From assembly GCA_964291655.2 (NCBI GenBank), contig OZ219801.1:766012-830011 (forward strand): a stretch of 64,000 bases of DNA, in the 5' to 3' direction. Under the pieces are notes generated by a model that was given only the letters and a program-made list of their open reading frames with translations, ran no database searches and had not been told where the DNA came from. Made by a program: the position numbers and the translations under genes. Each line of letters starts with the position of its first letter. Positions within the stretch are counted from its first letter, which is position 1. Positions 10,210 through 19,843 of the stretch are shown in pieces. This DNA is from Chloroflexota bacterium (GTDB lineage Bacteria > Chloroflexota > UBA11872 > VXOZ01).

Positions 10210-10396
10210 AGAGAAATCTGTCTTGGAGTTCTCGTAGATTGAGTCTTTGAGCGAGGCACACTCCGCTGGTACAATAGGGAGACAGCAGAGTCCTCCAAGA
10301 GTTGCCCGTTCCGTGTGGCGGGTAAGTCCTATGGAAAAATGCCGCCCTTGCCTAACGATTGCTCGTTGGGATAGGGGCAATAGTTTGGGTCGATAG

Positions 10397-10473
10397 CGGG
10401 GTGTGGCGCAGCCTGGTAGCGCGCTTGAATGGGGTTCAAGAGGCCCCCGGTTCAAATCCGGGCACCCCGACCA
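10397..10473 (+). tRNA. tRNA-Pro (GGG)
   Basis: CGGGGTG acceptor stem, D-arm GCGCAGCCTGGTAGCGC, anticodon arm CTTGA-ATGGGGT-TCAAG, T-loop GGTTCAAATCC, encoded CCA. Confidence 0.97.
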
Positions 10474-10511
10474 CATATAATTACTCTTCCCCTCTACGCA
10501 TAGCCCTAGGC

Positions 10512-10904
10512 CTATGCCAGTGGCGCGACGGAAGCCCCTTCGCCTAGGCGCGCCAGAACCAGAGCCTGCAGGGCCGGCACATCCGGCGTCTCATTCAACT
10601 CGTCGGCAGAGACGAGAAGAGTGATTTCTTCTCCTGCTTCCACGTAGACGGCAGGCAGCTTCTCAGCCAAGAGAGGTGCGTGTCTTCCCGTTAGTTCATT
10701 GCGGTGAAGAAAGACTGCCGTCAGCGGCAGTTCCTGCACGAATCGCCGCCAAGCAGGCTTCATGCCAAGATTGCCGAACGTGATCTGGCACAGACTACAG
10801 GGGTAGGTCTGGGGCGACACTATTTTGTGCACGTAGTCCTTGAGCTGCGCAATCACTCCGGAATCGGCGTTGTAAACGAAGAGTATCCGGCCGTCTCTTG
10901 CCAT
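10512..10904 (-). CDS. Conserved hypothetical protein with CxxC
   Basis: ILFVYNADSG...HKIVSPQTYPCSLCQITFG...FLHRNE...LPAVY, a recognisable uncharacterised family; ATG at 10904. Confidence 0.7.
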   Translation of the reverse strand: MARDGRILFVYNADSGVIAQLKDYVHKIVSPQTYPCSLCQITFGNLGMKPAWRRFVQELPLTAVFLHRNELTGRHAPLLAEKLPAVYVEAGEEITLLVSADELNETPDVPALQALVLARLGEGASVAPLA

Positions 10905-11058
10905 CGGGCAACGCCTTCCTCTCAGCACGCACCTTACTCAGTGGCCGCCATTTCCACTTGTTTCCGCCGGGGCGCACTGTGCCTCAACGGGTGCACTGAA
11001 GCACCAAGCGGTCTCTTCTCAAAATCAAGCACATACCTGACAACCGTAATCCAGCTTG

Positions 11059-11904
11059 TCAGACAGTTTGCAGCGGCACAATGGAGTGGGAAGCGAGCGT
11101 CTCGTTGAGGGAACCCGAGCGGTAGCCCTGCATGTCAAGAGCCACGTACTTGAATCCGACCTCCTTGAGGGCCGCGACGATCTGTGTATGAACGTCATTC
11201 TCAAAGAGCCGCAGCAGGTCTTCCGCCGGCGCCTCAATCCGCGCTATGTCGCCATGGTGGCGCACGCGCACCAGACGAAAGCCGAGCTTGTGTAAGTAGA
11301 GTTCTGCTTGGTCAACTTCGTGCAGCCTTTCCAGCGTGACGCGCATGCCGTAGGGAATGCGCGAGGCCAGACATGCACCGGCAGGCTTATCCCACGTCGG
11401 TAGCCCAAGCTCCTTTGAGAGCTGCCGGACTTCATGTTTCTGGAGTTCGGCTTCCACCAACGGCGCGCGGGCATTGAGCAGCTTAGCCGCCTCCATGCCC
11501 GGGCGATGATCGCCAAGATCGTCCATGATGCCGCCGTAAATGATCGTGTCAAAGCCCTCTTCTTGGGCGATAACTTGCATTTCCGTGAAGAGTTCCTTCT
11601 TGCAGTGGAAACAGCGGTCGGGATTGTTGACGGCGTACTCTTCTCTTTCAAGCTCGTGGGTCTCGATGAGGCGATGCTCAATGCCGATCTCGGCCGCATA
11701 GACTTTCGCCTCTTCCAATTCAGTCGCCGGGTAGGTCGGCGAAAGCGCCGTAACGGCAACAGCGTCACGATCCAGCACGGCATAGGCAACTTTCGCTAGA
11801 AAGGTGCTATCAACCCCTCCTGAGAAAGCGATGAGCGTCCGCCCCATACCTCTTATGAGTTGCGCGAGATTCTCATACTTTTCGTTGAGTGCTACCGTAG
11901 CCAT
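11059..11904 (-). CDS. larE: LarE-family ATP-dependent sulfur transferase (PP-loop)
   Basis: AFSGGVDS PP-loop, NPDRCFHCK, DDLGDHRPG, WDKPAGACLASRIPYG, VRVRHHG, GYRSGSLN. Confidence 0.88.
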   Translation of the reverse strand: MATVALNEKYENLAQLIRGMGRTLIAFSGGVDSTFLAKVAYAVLDRDAVAVTALSPTYPATELEEAKVYAAEIGIEHRLIETHELEREEYAVNNPDRCFHCKKELFTEMQVIAQEEGFDTIIYGGIMDDLGDHRPGMEAAKLLNARAPLVEAELQKHEVRQLSKELGLPTWDKPAGACLASRIPYGMRVTLERLHEVDQAELYLHKLGFRLVRVRHHGDIARIEAPAEDLLRLFENDVHTQIVAALKEVGFKYVALDMQGYRSGSLNETLASHSIVPLQTV

Positions 11905-12105
11905 CCATCAACCTCCCAGGGTCTTTCGTTTTGAATCCATCACCTTGCCGGAGCGACGGCCGGCGATTACGTAGGCTGCGCCTGCAAATCGGTTCTGCAC
12001 TATCATTCTACGTGAAACGAACCATTACCGCGCAGCGCACTAAAGGGGAGAGGCCTGGCAACGCACAGGATAACACACGTTAGAAGGTGCACTGTGGGAT
12101 GCGCG

Positions 12106-12657
12106 CTAGAATATCTCATCCGGGTCGAGGGTAAAACCGTGCAGCGTGGGCGAAGTCAGATTTTGCCCGGGGCCGTAGATGCCCGTGAGGGCAAAGCCGC
12201 GTTCTGATAGCAGCAGCACCGTTACGGTCTTGGCATCGGGGTCCACCAGCCAGTACTCTTTTACGCCGTGTGCAGCGTAGAGATCTCGTTTGAACGTCCC
12301 GTCGCGCGCGGCGGTGGCGGGAGAGAGGATTTCGACCACTACGTCTGGCGCGCCGCGGACGTTGTCACCGTTGCGGAGCATGTGCTCTCGTTCCCTGGCA
12401 ACAAAGAGCAAGTCAGGCTGGACGACGTCTGTGTTCGACAGCACTACGTCGCACGGCGCGGCAAAGACCTGTCCCAGACCTCTCTCCTGCACGAATACGT
12501 GGAAGAGCGCTCCGAGTTGCATAGCAACCCTTTGGTGGGATAGGCGTGGCGCCGGCGCCATCACTAACTCTCCGTCCAACAGTTCGTAACGCTCATCGTC
12601 TGGGGTATTTCGGTAGTCGTCGTATGTCAATTTGATGGCGGGCGTAGAACTAGCCAT
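12106..12657 (-). CDS. Uma2-family (DUF820) PD-(D/E)xK endonuclease-like protein
   Basis: YELLDGELVMAPAP..HQ, VVQPDLLFV, PDVVVEILSP, K..Y...GVKEYWLVDP. Confidence 0.9.
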   Translation of the reverse strand: MASSTPAIKLTYDDYRNTPDDERYELLDGELVMAPAPRLSHQRVAMQLGALFHVFVQERGLGQVFAAPCDVVLSNTDVVQPDLLFVAREREHMLRNGDNVRGAPDVVVEILSPATAARDGTFKRDLYAAHGVKEYWLVDPDAKTVTVLLLSERGFALTGIYGPGQNLTSPTLHGFTLDPDEIF

Positions 12658-12849
12658 GTCTGCCCTCCTATCTGCGAAATCAACCGCGTACGAATAGCGC
12701 TTTTAGCGACCGTGGACACAACCTTACTGCCATTCTATGCGAAACGAAGCCTTGCGGTCATGCGCGGCAAAGCGAGAATCTGCGCATACCAAGGGCGGCA
12801 CGGCAACGCCAGAGGACTCCGGCATATACGCTTGCCTTGCGCGGCTTCT

Positions 12850-13296
12850 TCACACCGTATCCGGCACAACCTGCAATGGTACGGCACCAATCTCGCGTTG
12901 CCGTATCGTGTAGCCGCGCACGTCCGGTTCTGCCGGGTTCGCCAGCGAAATGACAACGTGCACTGCCCCCGGATACCGTTCGGCCAATTCGCCGTCGCCC
13001 ATGTCGAACTCCGCTTCGGCTACGTCTGTCGCCGATGGATACGCCGGAGAGGCAATATGGGAATGGAATATTCCCACGATTTGCCAGTCTCGCTCGTATT
13101 CCACCGTACGTATGATGTGCAGCAGGTCCTCCGGATGTATAGTGAAGCGAATTGGGCTCGCCGCGGCATTCCGCGCCGGAAAAACCGCCAACACACTGCC
13201 GTCCGTACCGCCCAGCATACCGCAGCCTTCATTGGGCGCCTCGGCGCGCACGTGGGCGATCATCTCATCGATTTGCGTGGCCGTAATTCGTAGCAC
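12850..13296 (-). CDS. JAB/MPN (M67, Mec-like) metallopeptidase
   Basis: PNEGCGMLGG and JAMM motif FHSH...PSATD. Confidence 0.9.
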   Translation of the reverse strand: MLRITATQIDEMIAHVRAEAPNEGCGMLGGTDGSVLAVFPARNAAASPIRFTIHPEDLLHIIRTVEYERDWQIVGIFHSHIASPAYPSATDVAEAEFDMGDGELAERYPGAVHVVISLANPAEPDVRGYTIRQREIGAVPLQVVPDTV

Positions 13297-13374
13297 GGTC
13301 TACCAGCGTCTTACTTTTCTCATGTTTGTCGATGAGTTGCAGGATCTTCACCCGGACTTCTTGTGCCCCGCTGA

Positions 13375-14238
13375 CTACGAAACCGTACCGGAAGTCACGT
13401 CTAACGTTTGCTCCACGGCCGGCATGCCGCAAAATGCCTCGTAGTCGATCAACTCGGTAACTGTCGGGTTGTCGCCGCAAACTGGGCACGCGGGATCGCG
13501 CCGCAGCTTGACCTCATGGAAAGAGAGCGCCAGCGCATCGAAGAGCAAGAGCCGGTTAGTCAACGTATCGCCAATCCCCAGCAGCAGCTTTGCGGTCTCT
13601 ACGGCCTGGATGGAACCCACAATGCCGGGCAAGACTCCCAACACGCCAGCCTCAGAGCAAGAAGGCGCCATTTCCGGGGGCGGCGGTTCGGGATAGAGGC
13701 ACCGATAGCAGCCTTTGCCGGGCTCGAACACCGTCGCCTGGCCCTCAAACCGGAAAATGCTGCCGTGCACGACCGGCTTACTCAAGAAGAGAGCCGCGTC
13801 GTTGACGAGGTACCGCGTGGGAAAGTTATCCGTGCCGTCTACAATCACGTCGTAGTCGGCAAAGACGTCCATCACGTTATCGGAATTAAGGTGATCGGTA
13901 TGCGCGACCACGTTCACGTCGGGGTTAACTTCACGCAAGCGGTCCTGGGCGGAGGCTACTTTCAGCCTGCCCACATCGGAGTGTCCGTGGAGGATCTGTC
14001 GTTGTAAGTTGCTCAGGTCAACTTCGTCGAAGTCAACAATTCCCAGCGTGCCGACACCGGCCGCCGCCAAATAGAGCGCCGCAGGCGAGCCCAGGCCGCC
14101 TGCGCCAAGCAGCAGGACCTTGGCATTCATTAGCTTGCGCTGGCCGATCGGGCCAACCTCTGTCAATATAATGTGCCTGCTGTAGCGCTGTACCTGTTCC
14201 GGCGTAAAGAGACTACGCCGATTAGCAACCTTACTCAT
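13375..14238 (-). CDS. MoeB/ThiF-family E1-like adenylyltransferase (no rhodanese domain)
   Basis: RYSRHI, GAGGLGSP, DLSNLQRQ, DGTDNF, CYRC, SCSEAGVLG, CPVC; ATG at 14238 with AAGGAGGAG upstream. Confidence 0.9.
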   Translation of the reverse strand: MSKVANRRSLFTPEQVQRYSRHIILTEVGPIGQRKLMNAKVLLLGAGGLGSPAALYLAAAGVGTLGIVDFDEVDLSNLQRQILHGHSDVGRLKVASAQDRLREVNPDVNVVAHTDHLNSDNVMDVFADYDVIVDGTDNFPTRYLVNDAALFLSKPVVHGSIFRFEGQATVFEPGKGCYRCLYPEPPPPEMAPSCSEAGVLGVLPGIVGSIQAVETAKLLLGIGDTLTNRLLLFDALALSFHEVKLRRDPACPVCGDNPTVTELIDYEAFCGMPAVEQTLDVTSGTVS

Positions 14239-14272
14239 GTGCTCCTCCTTCGTTCTCCTGCGTTGACTGGCA

Positions 14273-14710
14273 TTAGATATAGTATACGATGCGCTCGCGC
14301 CGTTCTTTCTCACGAGCGACCAGATCGGCAATAGTGTGACGGCTCAAGATCGACTCCACCGCTGACTGCACTTCCTGCCACACTTCGCGTTGCCCGCATC
14401 CTGGCACCAACGAGCAGAAGGGTATGTTCTCCAGGCATTCAACCGGCGTAAACGGACCTTCCAGGGTAGAGACCACGAGTTCCATAGTGATCTGATCCGG
14501 CGACCGCGCCAGTTCGTGCCCGCCCTGTGGGCCGCGAATGCTGCGCACAATGCCGGCCTTGCGCAGCGCGGTCAGCAGTTGGTCCAGATACGCTTCGGGT
14601 ATGAACTGCCGCTGCGCGATCGCCGCGCTCTGCACAAGCCCTTGCCCGTAACGATGTCCCAAATCTACCACTGCGCGGACTGCATAGTCCGCTTTCATAG
14701 AAATTCGCAT
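14273..14710 (-). CDS. Rrf2-family transcriptional regulator (IscR/CymR-like, three Cys)
   Basis: YLDQLLTALRKAGIVRSIRGPQGGHEL, ECLENIPFCSLVPGC, C-terminal YYI. Confidence 0.9.
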   Translation of the reverse strand: MRISMKADYAVRAVVDLGHRYGQGLVQSAAIAQRQFIPEAYLDQLLTALRKAGIVRSIRGPQGGHELARSPDQITMELVVSTLEGPFTPVECLENIPFCSLVPGCGQREVWQEVQSAVESILSRHTIADLVAREKERRERIVYYI

Positions 14711-14741
14711 GACGGTCTTGCCCAATTAAATGCGTAACTAT

Positions 14742-14766
14742 TGTTAACTAATTCACTTAGTTAACA
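14742..14766. promoter_or_regulatory. Candidate Rrf2 operator (25-bp palindrome)
   Basis: tgttaactaa-ttcac-ttagttaaca, perfect 10-bp arms, AT-rich, ~30 bp upstream of the Rrf2 start. Confidence 0.6.
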
Positions 14767-14968
14767 TGATACTCGCGGTGGTGCCAGCTTCGCAAGAGAC
14801 AGGTGTTGAACTTCGCGCTGCGGCAGCCTAAGCCCGGCGGTTCGGAGGGAAACGAATGGCGCGCAAGACCTCGAGCCGTGGATAGGCCGGGTCCAAAATT
14901 CACGTATCTCATTTCGACATGAGACCGCAATGCGCGCCAGACTTAAGCGCCTGATGTGCGGCGTTGAC

Positions 14969-16876
14969 TTATTCCGAACTGGTTCCCGCCGCAGCGGCAG
15001 CGGCTTGCTCAGCGGGAGAGGCGTCCGCAGTCGCCGGACTCACCGCAACGCCATCTGAATCCTCCGCTGGATCTCCATCGACCGAGGGCGTAGGTGATTC
15101 TGCGGGCTTCTGTGGCCCTCTGACCCGATCGACCAGACGGCGCAGTTGTTGGTCGTCCGGAGCCACTGCAACACCCGCTTCCCCTACCGCCAAGGCTTCA
15201 GCCTCATTGTCAGTCTCTAAGTGCGTCCATACGAGCATTCGGTAGAGAAACGCCTGCGCATGCGAATCGTCTGCCCGCTTTGCAATTTCCAGCCCCTGCG
15301 AAAACTGTTCAAGAGCGTCCACGAACTTGCCCCGCTCGTAGCAAATGCGGCCGAGCACGGCGACAGGCGCGTAGTTATCGGGGTTATCCAGCACAAGCTG
15401 TTCCGCCATCATGGCTGCGCGCGTGTGCTCGCCTGCCACGGCGAGTTGCTGAGCAAAGGCGAGCGCAGCGTCCAGGTTGTCCGGCTCTTGTTGGGTCGCC
15501 TGCTCCAAAGCGGCCAAGGACTCTTGGTGCTCGCCCTTAAGCATGTGTTGCAGCGCAGTTGCCATTCCCGTGGTTGCCGATGAAGTTGCCACCGCAGGTT
15601 TTGCAGGTTCCTTTTCCTTTTCCTGAGCCTCCACATTTGCGGGCGGCTCAGGCTGGGGTCGTTTCCGCCCACCGCTTTCACGAACTGGTGTGTCTGACGC
15701 ACCCCGCGAAGTTGCTTTTGCCGTGCCCGTGTCAGAGCGTGGCTGGCGGGCCGGCGGCGACGCCTGTCGCGGTCGCGTCCCCCGTCCCCGCTGGCGTGCG
15801 GCGTCGTCGCCGCGAGTAGATTGGCCGTTGCTGCTCTTGGCGGCGCGCTCCAGCTCTTGCTTCCGAGATTGAACATCCTTATAGCGGCTGTCCAAATTGC
15901 CGCAGCGGGTATAGGCTTCGAGTGCCTTATCCGGTGCGCCCAGTTTTTCGTACACTTGGCCGAGGTCGTAGTAGATCTCCGCATCGTCATCCTGCTGACG
16001 CACCACGTCTTCGAGTTCATTCGCAGCATCAGAATTCCGCCCCAAGGCGGAAAGGGTAAGCGCCAGCCGATGCCGGTAGCGCGCCTGACGCGGCATCAAT
16101 CGCACTGCCTGCGAGAAGTGGTTCAGCGCTCGCGACAATTCGCTGCGATCGAAGGAATTGCGACCGAGGCTATACAGCCGGGCAGCCAGCATATTGCGAT
16201 CAACGTGCGTATCCAGGGTTTCACCGAGCGGCAATTCCGGCTGATCGAATTGCGCCTGTTCCGTGCGGCGCTTCTCATTCTCGATCACCAGCGAGAGCAG
16301 CAGCCCCAGGTCGATGTATCCGTCTGCGACAAGCTTCAAGCCGGGATCGCTACCCACGCCAAAGTTGCCTACCATTACTTGGACGCCGCGGTCACGGAGC
16401 CGGGAAAACACCGGAATGAAGTCCCCGTCTCCGGTCAGCGCGAACGCCTTGTCATAGAAACCTACAAAGTCGAGCATGTCCAGCGACATCTCGATGTCCA
16501 GATTGCCTTTGTAGCCCCCTCCCGGCAGCTCTTTAGACCGCTTATGGACCACACGAAAGCCGTGGGTTACCAGATAGTCAAGCTGCTGGCGAAAGCCCTC
16601 TACCCGCAAGTCCGTGCCCGTATAGTAATAAGCTCCCAGGAGCGTATCGTCTCCTCGGAGCTGGTCTCGAATTAGGTGCCACGGCACGCGCATGATGCCG
16701 ATGTCTCGGGCTTGGCGTTCGATGTTGGCCGCATCGATGAAAATCATCAGGCGATGCGGCTTTGTAGACTGAAGGGGTGTACCGATTGCGGATTTTAGCG
16801 ATTCTAGCGGGTGCCCGCAGGCAATACAGATGAGGCTACTGCCTCTGTTCAAACTCCCACACGTAGGACAATTCAT
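14969..16876 (-). CDS. Zn-ribbon + NYN (LabA/DUF88) nuclease domain + two TPR blocks
   Basis: CPTC..CIAC; IFIDAAN...KGNLD...LTGDGDF NYN acidic motifs; TPR-like helices such as YYDLGQVYEKLG..KALEAY; basic/Pro-rich linker. Confidence 0.8.
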   Translation of the reverse strand: MNCPTCGSLNRGSSLICIACGHPLESLKSAIGTPLQSTKPHRLMIFIDAANIERQARDIGIMRVPWHLIRDQLRGDDTLLGAYYYTGTDLRVEGFRQQLDYLVTHGFRVVHKRSKELPGGGYKGNLDIEMSLDMLDFVGFYDKAFALTGDGDFIPVFSRLRDRGVQVMVGNFGVGSDPGLKLVADGYIDLGLLLSLVIENEKRRTEQAQFDQPELPLGETLDTHVDRNMLAARLYSLGRNSFDRSELSRALNHFSQAVRLMPRQARYRHRLALTLSALGRNSDAANELEDVVRQQDDDAEIYYDLGQVYEKLGAPDKALEAYTRCGNLDSRYKDVQSRKQELERAAKSSNGQSTRGDDAARQRGRGTRPRQASPPARQPRSDTGTAKATSRGASDTPVRESGGRKRPQPEPPANVEAQEKEKEPAKPAVATSSATTGMATALQHMLKGEHQESLAALEQATQQEPDNLDAALAFAQQLAVAGEHTRAAMMAEQLVLDNPDNYAPVAVLGRICYERGKFVDALEQFSQGLEIAKRADDSHAQAFLYRMLVWTHLETDNEAEALAVGEAGVAVAPDDQQLRRLVDRVRGPQKPAESPTPSVDGDPAEDSDGVAVSPATADASPAEQAAAAAAGTSSE

Positions 16877-17506
16877 TACAATACGTCGTGCCTCACTCTT
16901 CCAAATTCCCTTGAATAATAGGGGTCACGTGTCCGGCGTGCCCTTAGCAGGTATGATACCACAGTTCAATCCATGTAGTGCCGCGGCGGGCGCAGCGGCT
17001 ATGCCCTTCGATCAATGCAACGGTAAACACGTCGTACTATTCGGTGGAACGATTGACTTGCCTAAAACCCCGATTGCTTTCCGTTGACCGACAGGACTCG
17101 AGGCGGTAGCATTGAGGCGCGCTTTACCATCTGGCGATCGGTAGGGACGCTAAGGCCTATGAAAACGCGTCAATTGGCTTGCTAGCCACATTGAATTCTC
17201 GAGTGAGATTAGGCTAGTCCCGATTCAAGGCGCCTGGCCGACTGTACGAGCGAGTTCAAGTCTCTCTTAATTCCGCTTACTTGAAGTTGGTGGTTGCCAT
17301 GTCGAATAGTCCGTCTAAGGCGTTCTCTTCTCATTTGGAAACACATCTATTACACATCAAGTCAGGAATCTCCAGACGATGCTTGCGCAATAACTGTTGA
17401 CTTCAAGGCCTTCAAAGAGGATCCGGAGGAACTCCGGCTTGGGCCAACGCTTCTAACTTGAGGAAACACAAATCTGAGAATCATAAACTGAAGACCAGAG
17501 GAAATC

Positions 17507-18676
17507 TTGGACACTAGAAACCAGAGCTGGACTAGTCTGCTGAAACAAGAAGGGCCCGACTTCCTAGCATGGTTAAGGACCCAGCGAACCCTATCAAGAA
17601 AGTTCGACGTATTGTCGAAAGCTCTATCGACACTCTTGCAGAACTGTATTCGCACACCAGAGCAAGCCGCGGATGTTTGGAAGGCCGTGCCAGCGGTGAT
17701 TGAACGCTGTAACGAAAGGGAAACCTATGAAATGCCCGGAGCCGCGTGCGCTTACGCGTGGCTTCACTTGCTTGACCGATACGTCCGAACGTGGTTTGCC
17801 TTGGAACTGCTCGTAGAGAAACATTGTCTTCCGATGGGGAAGAAAGGAGTACGTGCATTGGATGTAGGCACCGGGCCTGGTCCATCCGCATTCGCTATTC
17901 ACGACTTCTATGCCTCAATGGTCGAGTTTTCTCAGACGCTTTCTCAGACGCGGGATGATTCCAAGTGGCGACAACCATCGCATGTAACCTGTGTCGAATT
18001 TGATGGGAGTACCAACCACTTTAGACATCTCCTCGCTGAGGTGATTTTCGAGCAGGCCCAACGCGAATCCGAAGGGGTCCTTGCGATGTGTGGCAACTTG
18101 GCGGACTTCGGAGAGGTAGAGCCTACGCGAGAGCGTATGGAGCATTTTCAGGCTCTAAGTAACGCCGAGGAAACGTATTTTGATGAAGTAAGAGGCGAAT
18201 GGACTTCGGACCTGTTGTACTTGCCGTACGAAGCCAACTACATCGCTCAATCTCAGCACCGATACCGCCTAATCACGTTCAGCAACTTCCTTACTACTGT
18301 GAAGACCGCGAAGTGCTTTAAACCAAACTTAGTTGATATATTTTGCGATGCAGCGCCAGGAACCGTGTTGCTAGTACTCGGAGGGACAGGAGGCCCCTAT
18401 CCCGAGGTATACCAATACACAGACCAGTTAGCCGAGCCAGCGGGTTTTGAACTGGGAATTCATGACGAAACTGTATCTTGTGCAGGTAGCGAGTTTGCAT
18501 GCCGAGTTTATGAAGAGGGACGTCAGTTCTACGAGTTCCTCCAAGGACTTTCGCCAAACAAGGATGCCGCGACAAAGTGTGTTCGTGACGAATTCGAAGG
18601 GCGAAAGGCAGTTCATTTCTCTTGCAGTGGGGTACGAGTATATCGGAAACATTGGTACGCAAAGGGTAAGAATTGA
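17507..18676 (+). CDS. Hypothetical protein with class I SAM-methyltransferase-like motifs
   Basis: 389-aa ORF with ALDVGTGPGPS (motif I), VTCVE and YRLITFSNFL; more AT-rich than its neighbours. Confidence 0.65.
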   Translation: MDTRNQSWTSLLKQEGPDFLAWLRTQRTLSRKFDVLSKALSTLLQNCIRTPEQAADVWKAVPAVIERCNERETYEMPGAACAYAWLHLLDRYVRTWFALELLVEKHCLPMGKKGVRALDVGTGPGPSAFAIHDFYASMVEFSQTLSQTRDDSKWRQPSHVTCVEFDGSTNHFRHLLAEVIFEQAQRESEGVLAMCGNLADFGEVEPTRERMEHFQALSNAEETYFDEVRGEWTSDLLYLPYEANYIAQSQHRYRLITFSNFLTTVKTAKCFKPNLVDIFCDAAPGTVLLVLGGTGGPYPEVYQYTDQLAEPAGFELGIHDETVSCAGSEFACRVYEEGRQFYEFLQGLSPNKDAATKCVRDEFEGRKAVHFSCSGVRVYRKHWYAKGKN

Positions 18677-18888
18677 GCAAATCGCGTCAACAGGACTTGA
18701 GGGCGACCATTCTTTCGCGACCTCTCAAGGCTTCCTGCACAACAGCCCAGCACACTTGGTGACTTTAGTCCAAACTTACATGCTAGTCATTTAGTGTAGC
18801 AATACCATCCACTAGAGAGTTCGAATTCCCGTCCCACTAGGCCCCTGGAGTCTCGCAACCTACGAGATTTCCAACTAAAGGAGTTTCG

Positions 18889-19758
18889 ATGATGTCCGCG
18901 CAGAAACTCTACAAAGTTGGCGTCACCGGCTATCCCCTTTCACATACGCTCTCCCCTGCCTTTCAACAGCCGGCGTTCGACCACTACGGTATACCGGCTA
19001 CGTACCGCACGTACCCTGTGACAGCGGCAGAATTGCCGTCATTGACCGCCGCGATGCGCAGCGCGGAGTGGCTGGGGCTCAACGTGACCATTCCGCATAA
19101 AGAAGCCGTGGCTGCCCTGGTTGACCGTTGCACTCCTACTGCTGAAAACATAGGCGCCGTCAATACGCTCTTCAAAGACAGCGGGAGCCTCATCGGCGAC
19201 AACACCGATGCTTACGGCTTCTTGACTGCGTTGCGGACGGACGGTGCTACCGACCCCGCAGGCGCAAAGGTGGTCGTGTTGGGCGCAGGCGGAGCGGGAC
19301 GCGCCGTGCTCGTGGCGCTTGCGCAGGGCGGCGCTGCGCAAATCACACTTGCCAACCGGCACCGCGAGCGTGCCGAAGGTCTCTTGAGCGCCCTTGAAGA
19401 ATCGCTGAGCGCCCAGGACTGCAATGTGGTGGACTGGGCCAGCACGGCGCTGCACCAAGCTGCGGCAGCGGCAGACATCATCGTAAACTCCACCGCCGTG
19501 GGCATGTCCAAGGGGCCCGCGCCGGAGCTGTCACCTCTGCCCTCGCACGTGTTCCAAGGAAACCAGTTCGTATTCGACCTCGTCTACACTCCCAGCCACA
19601 CGCCCCTGCTACGCCATGCCCAAGAGGGAGGGGCACGCACCCTGGACGGCCTCCCAATGCTCGTCTATCAAGGCGCCGCGGCCTTCGAACGCTGGACAGC
19701 AAAGCCCGCGCCCCTTAAACTGATGAAGGCCAAGGCACTGGCCGCGCTTAGTGCGTGA
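18889..19758 (+). CDS. aroE: Shikimate dehydrogenase
   Basis: HTLSP, GLNVTIPHK, IGAVNT, GDNTD, GAGGAGRA, DGLPMLVYQGA. Confidence 0.95.
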   Translation: MMSAQKLYKVGVTGYPLSHTLSPAFQQPAFDHYGIPATYRTYPVTAAELPSLTAAMRSAEWLGLNVTIPHKEAVAALVDRCTPTAENIGAVNTLFKDSGSLIGDNTDAYGFLTALRTDGATDPAGAKVVVLGAGGAGRAVLVALAQGGAAQITLANRHRERAEGLLSALEESLSAQDCNVVDWASTALHQAAAAADIIVNSTAVGMSKGPAPELSPLPSHVFQGNQFVFDLVYTPSHTPLLRHAQEGGARTLDGLPMLVYQGAAAFERWTAKPAPLKLMKAKALAALSA

Positions 19759-19843
19759 TGCTCGGTATTTGACTGCCCATGAGCACTGGAAGAAAGAACT
19801 GAGTTTGCCTGCTTTGGGTAACTAAAACAGATAAGTCAATCTC

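Noticed and set aside
10397-10473. tRNA-Pro as a prophage or island attachment site
   Set aside because: No integrase and no duplicated tRNA 3' end seen in the window
12658-13374. Hidden ubiquitin-like (ThiS/MoaD/CysO) gene near E1 and JAB
   Set aside because: Intergenic gaps are short and I found no suitable ORF ending in Gly-Gly
17285-17460. Possible gene remnant upstream of the methyltransferase-like ORF
   Set aside because: Open stretch under 60 codons with no recognisable motif
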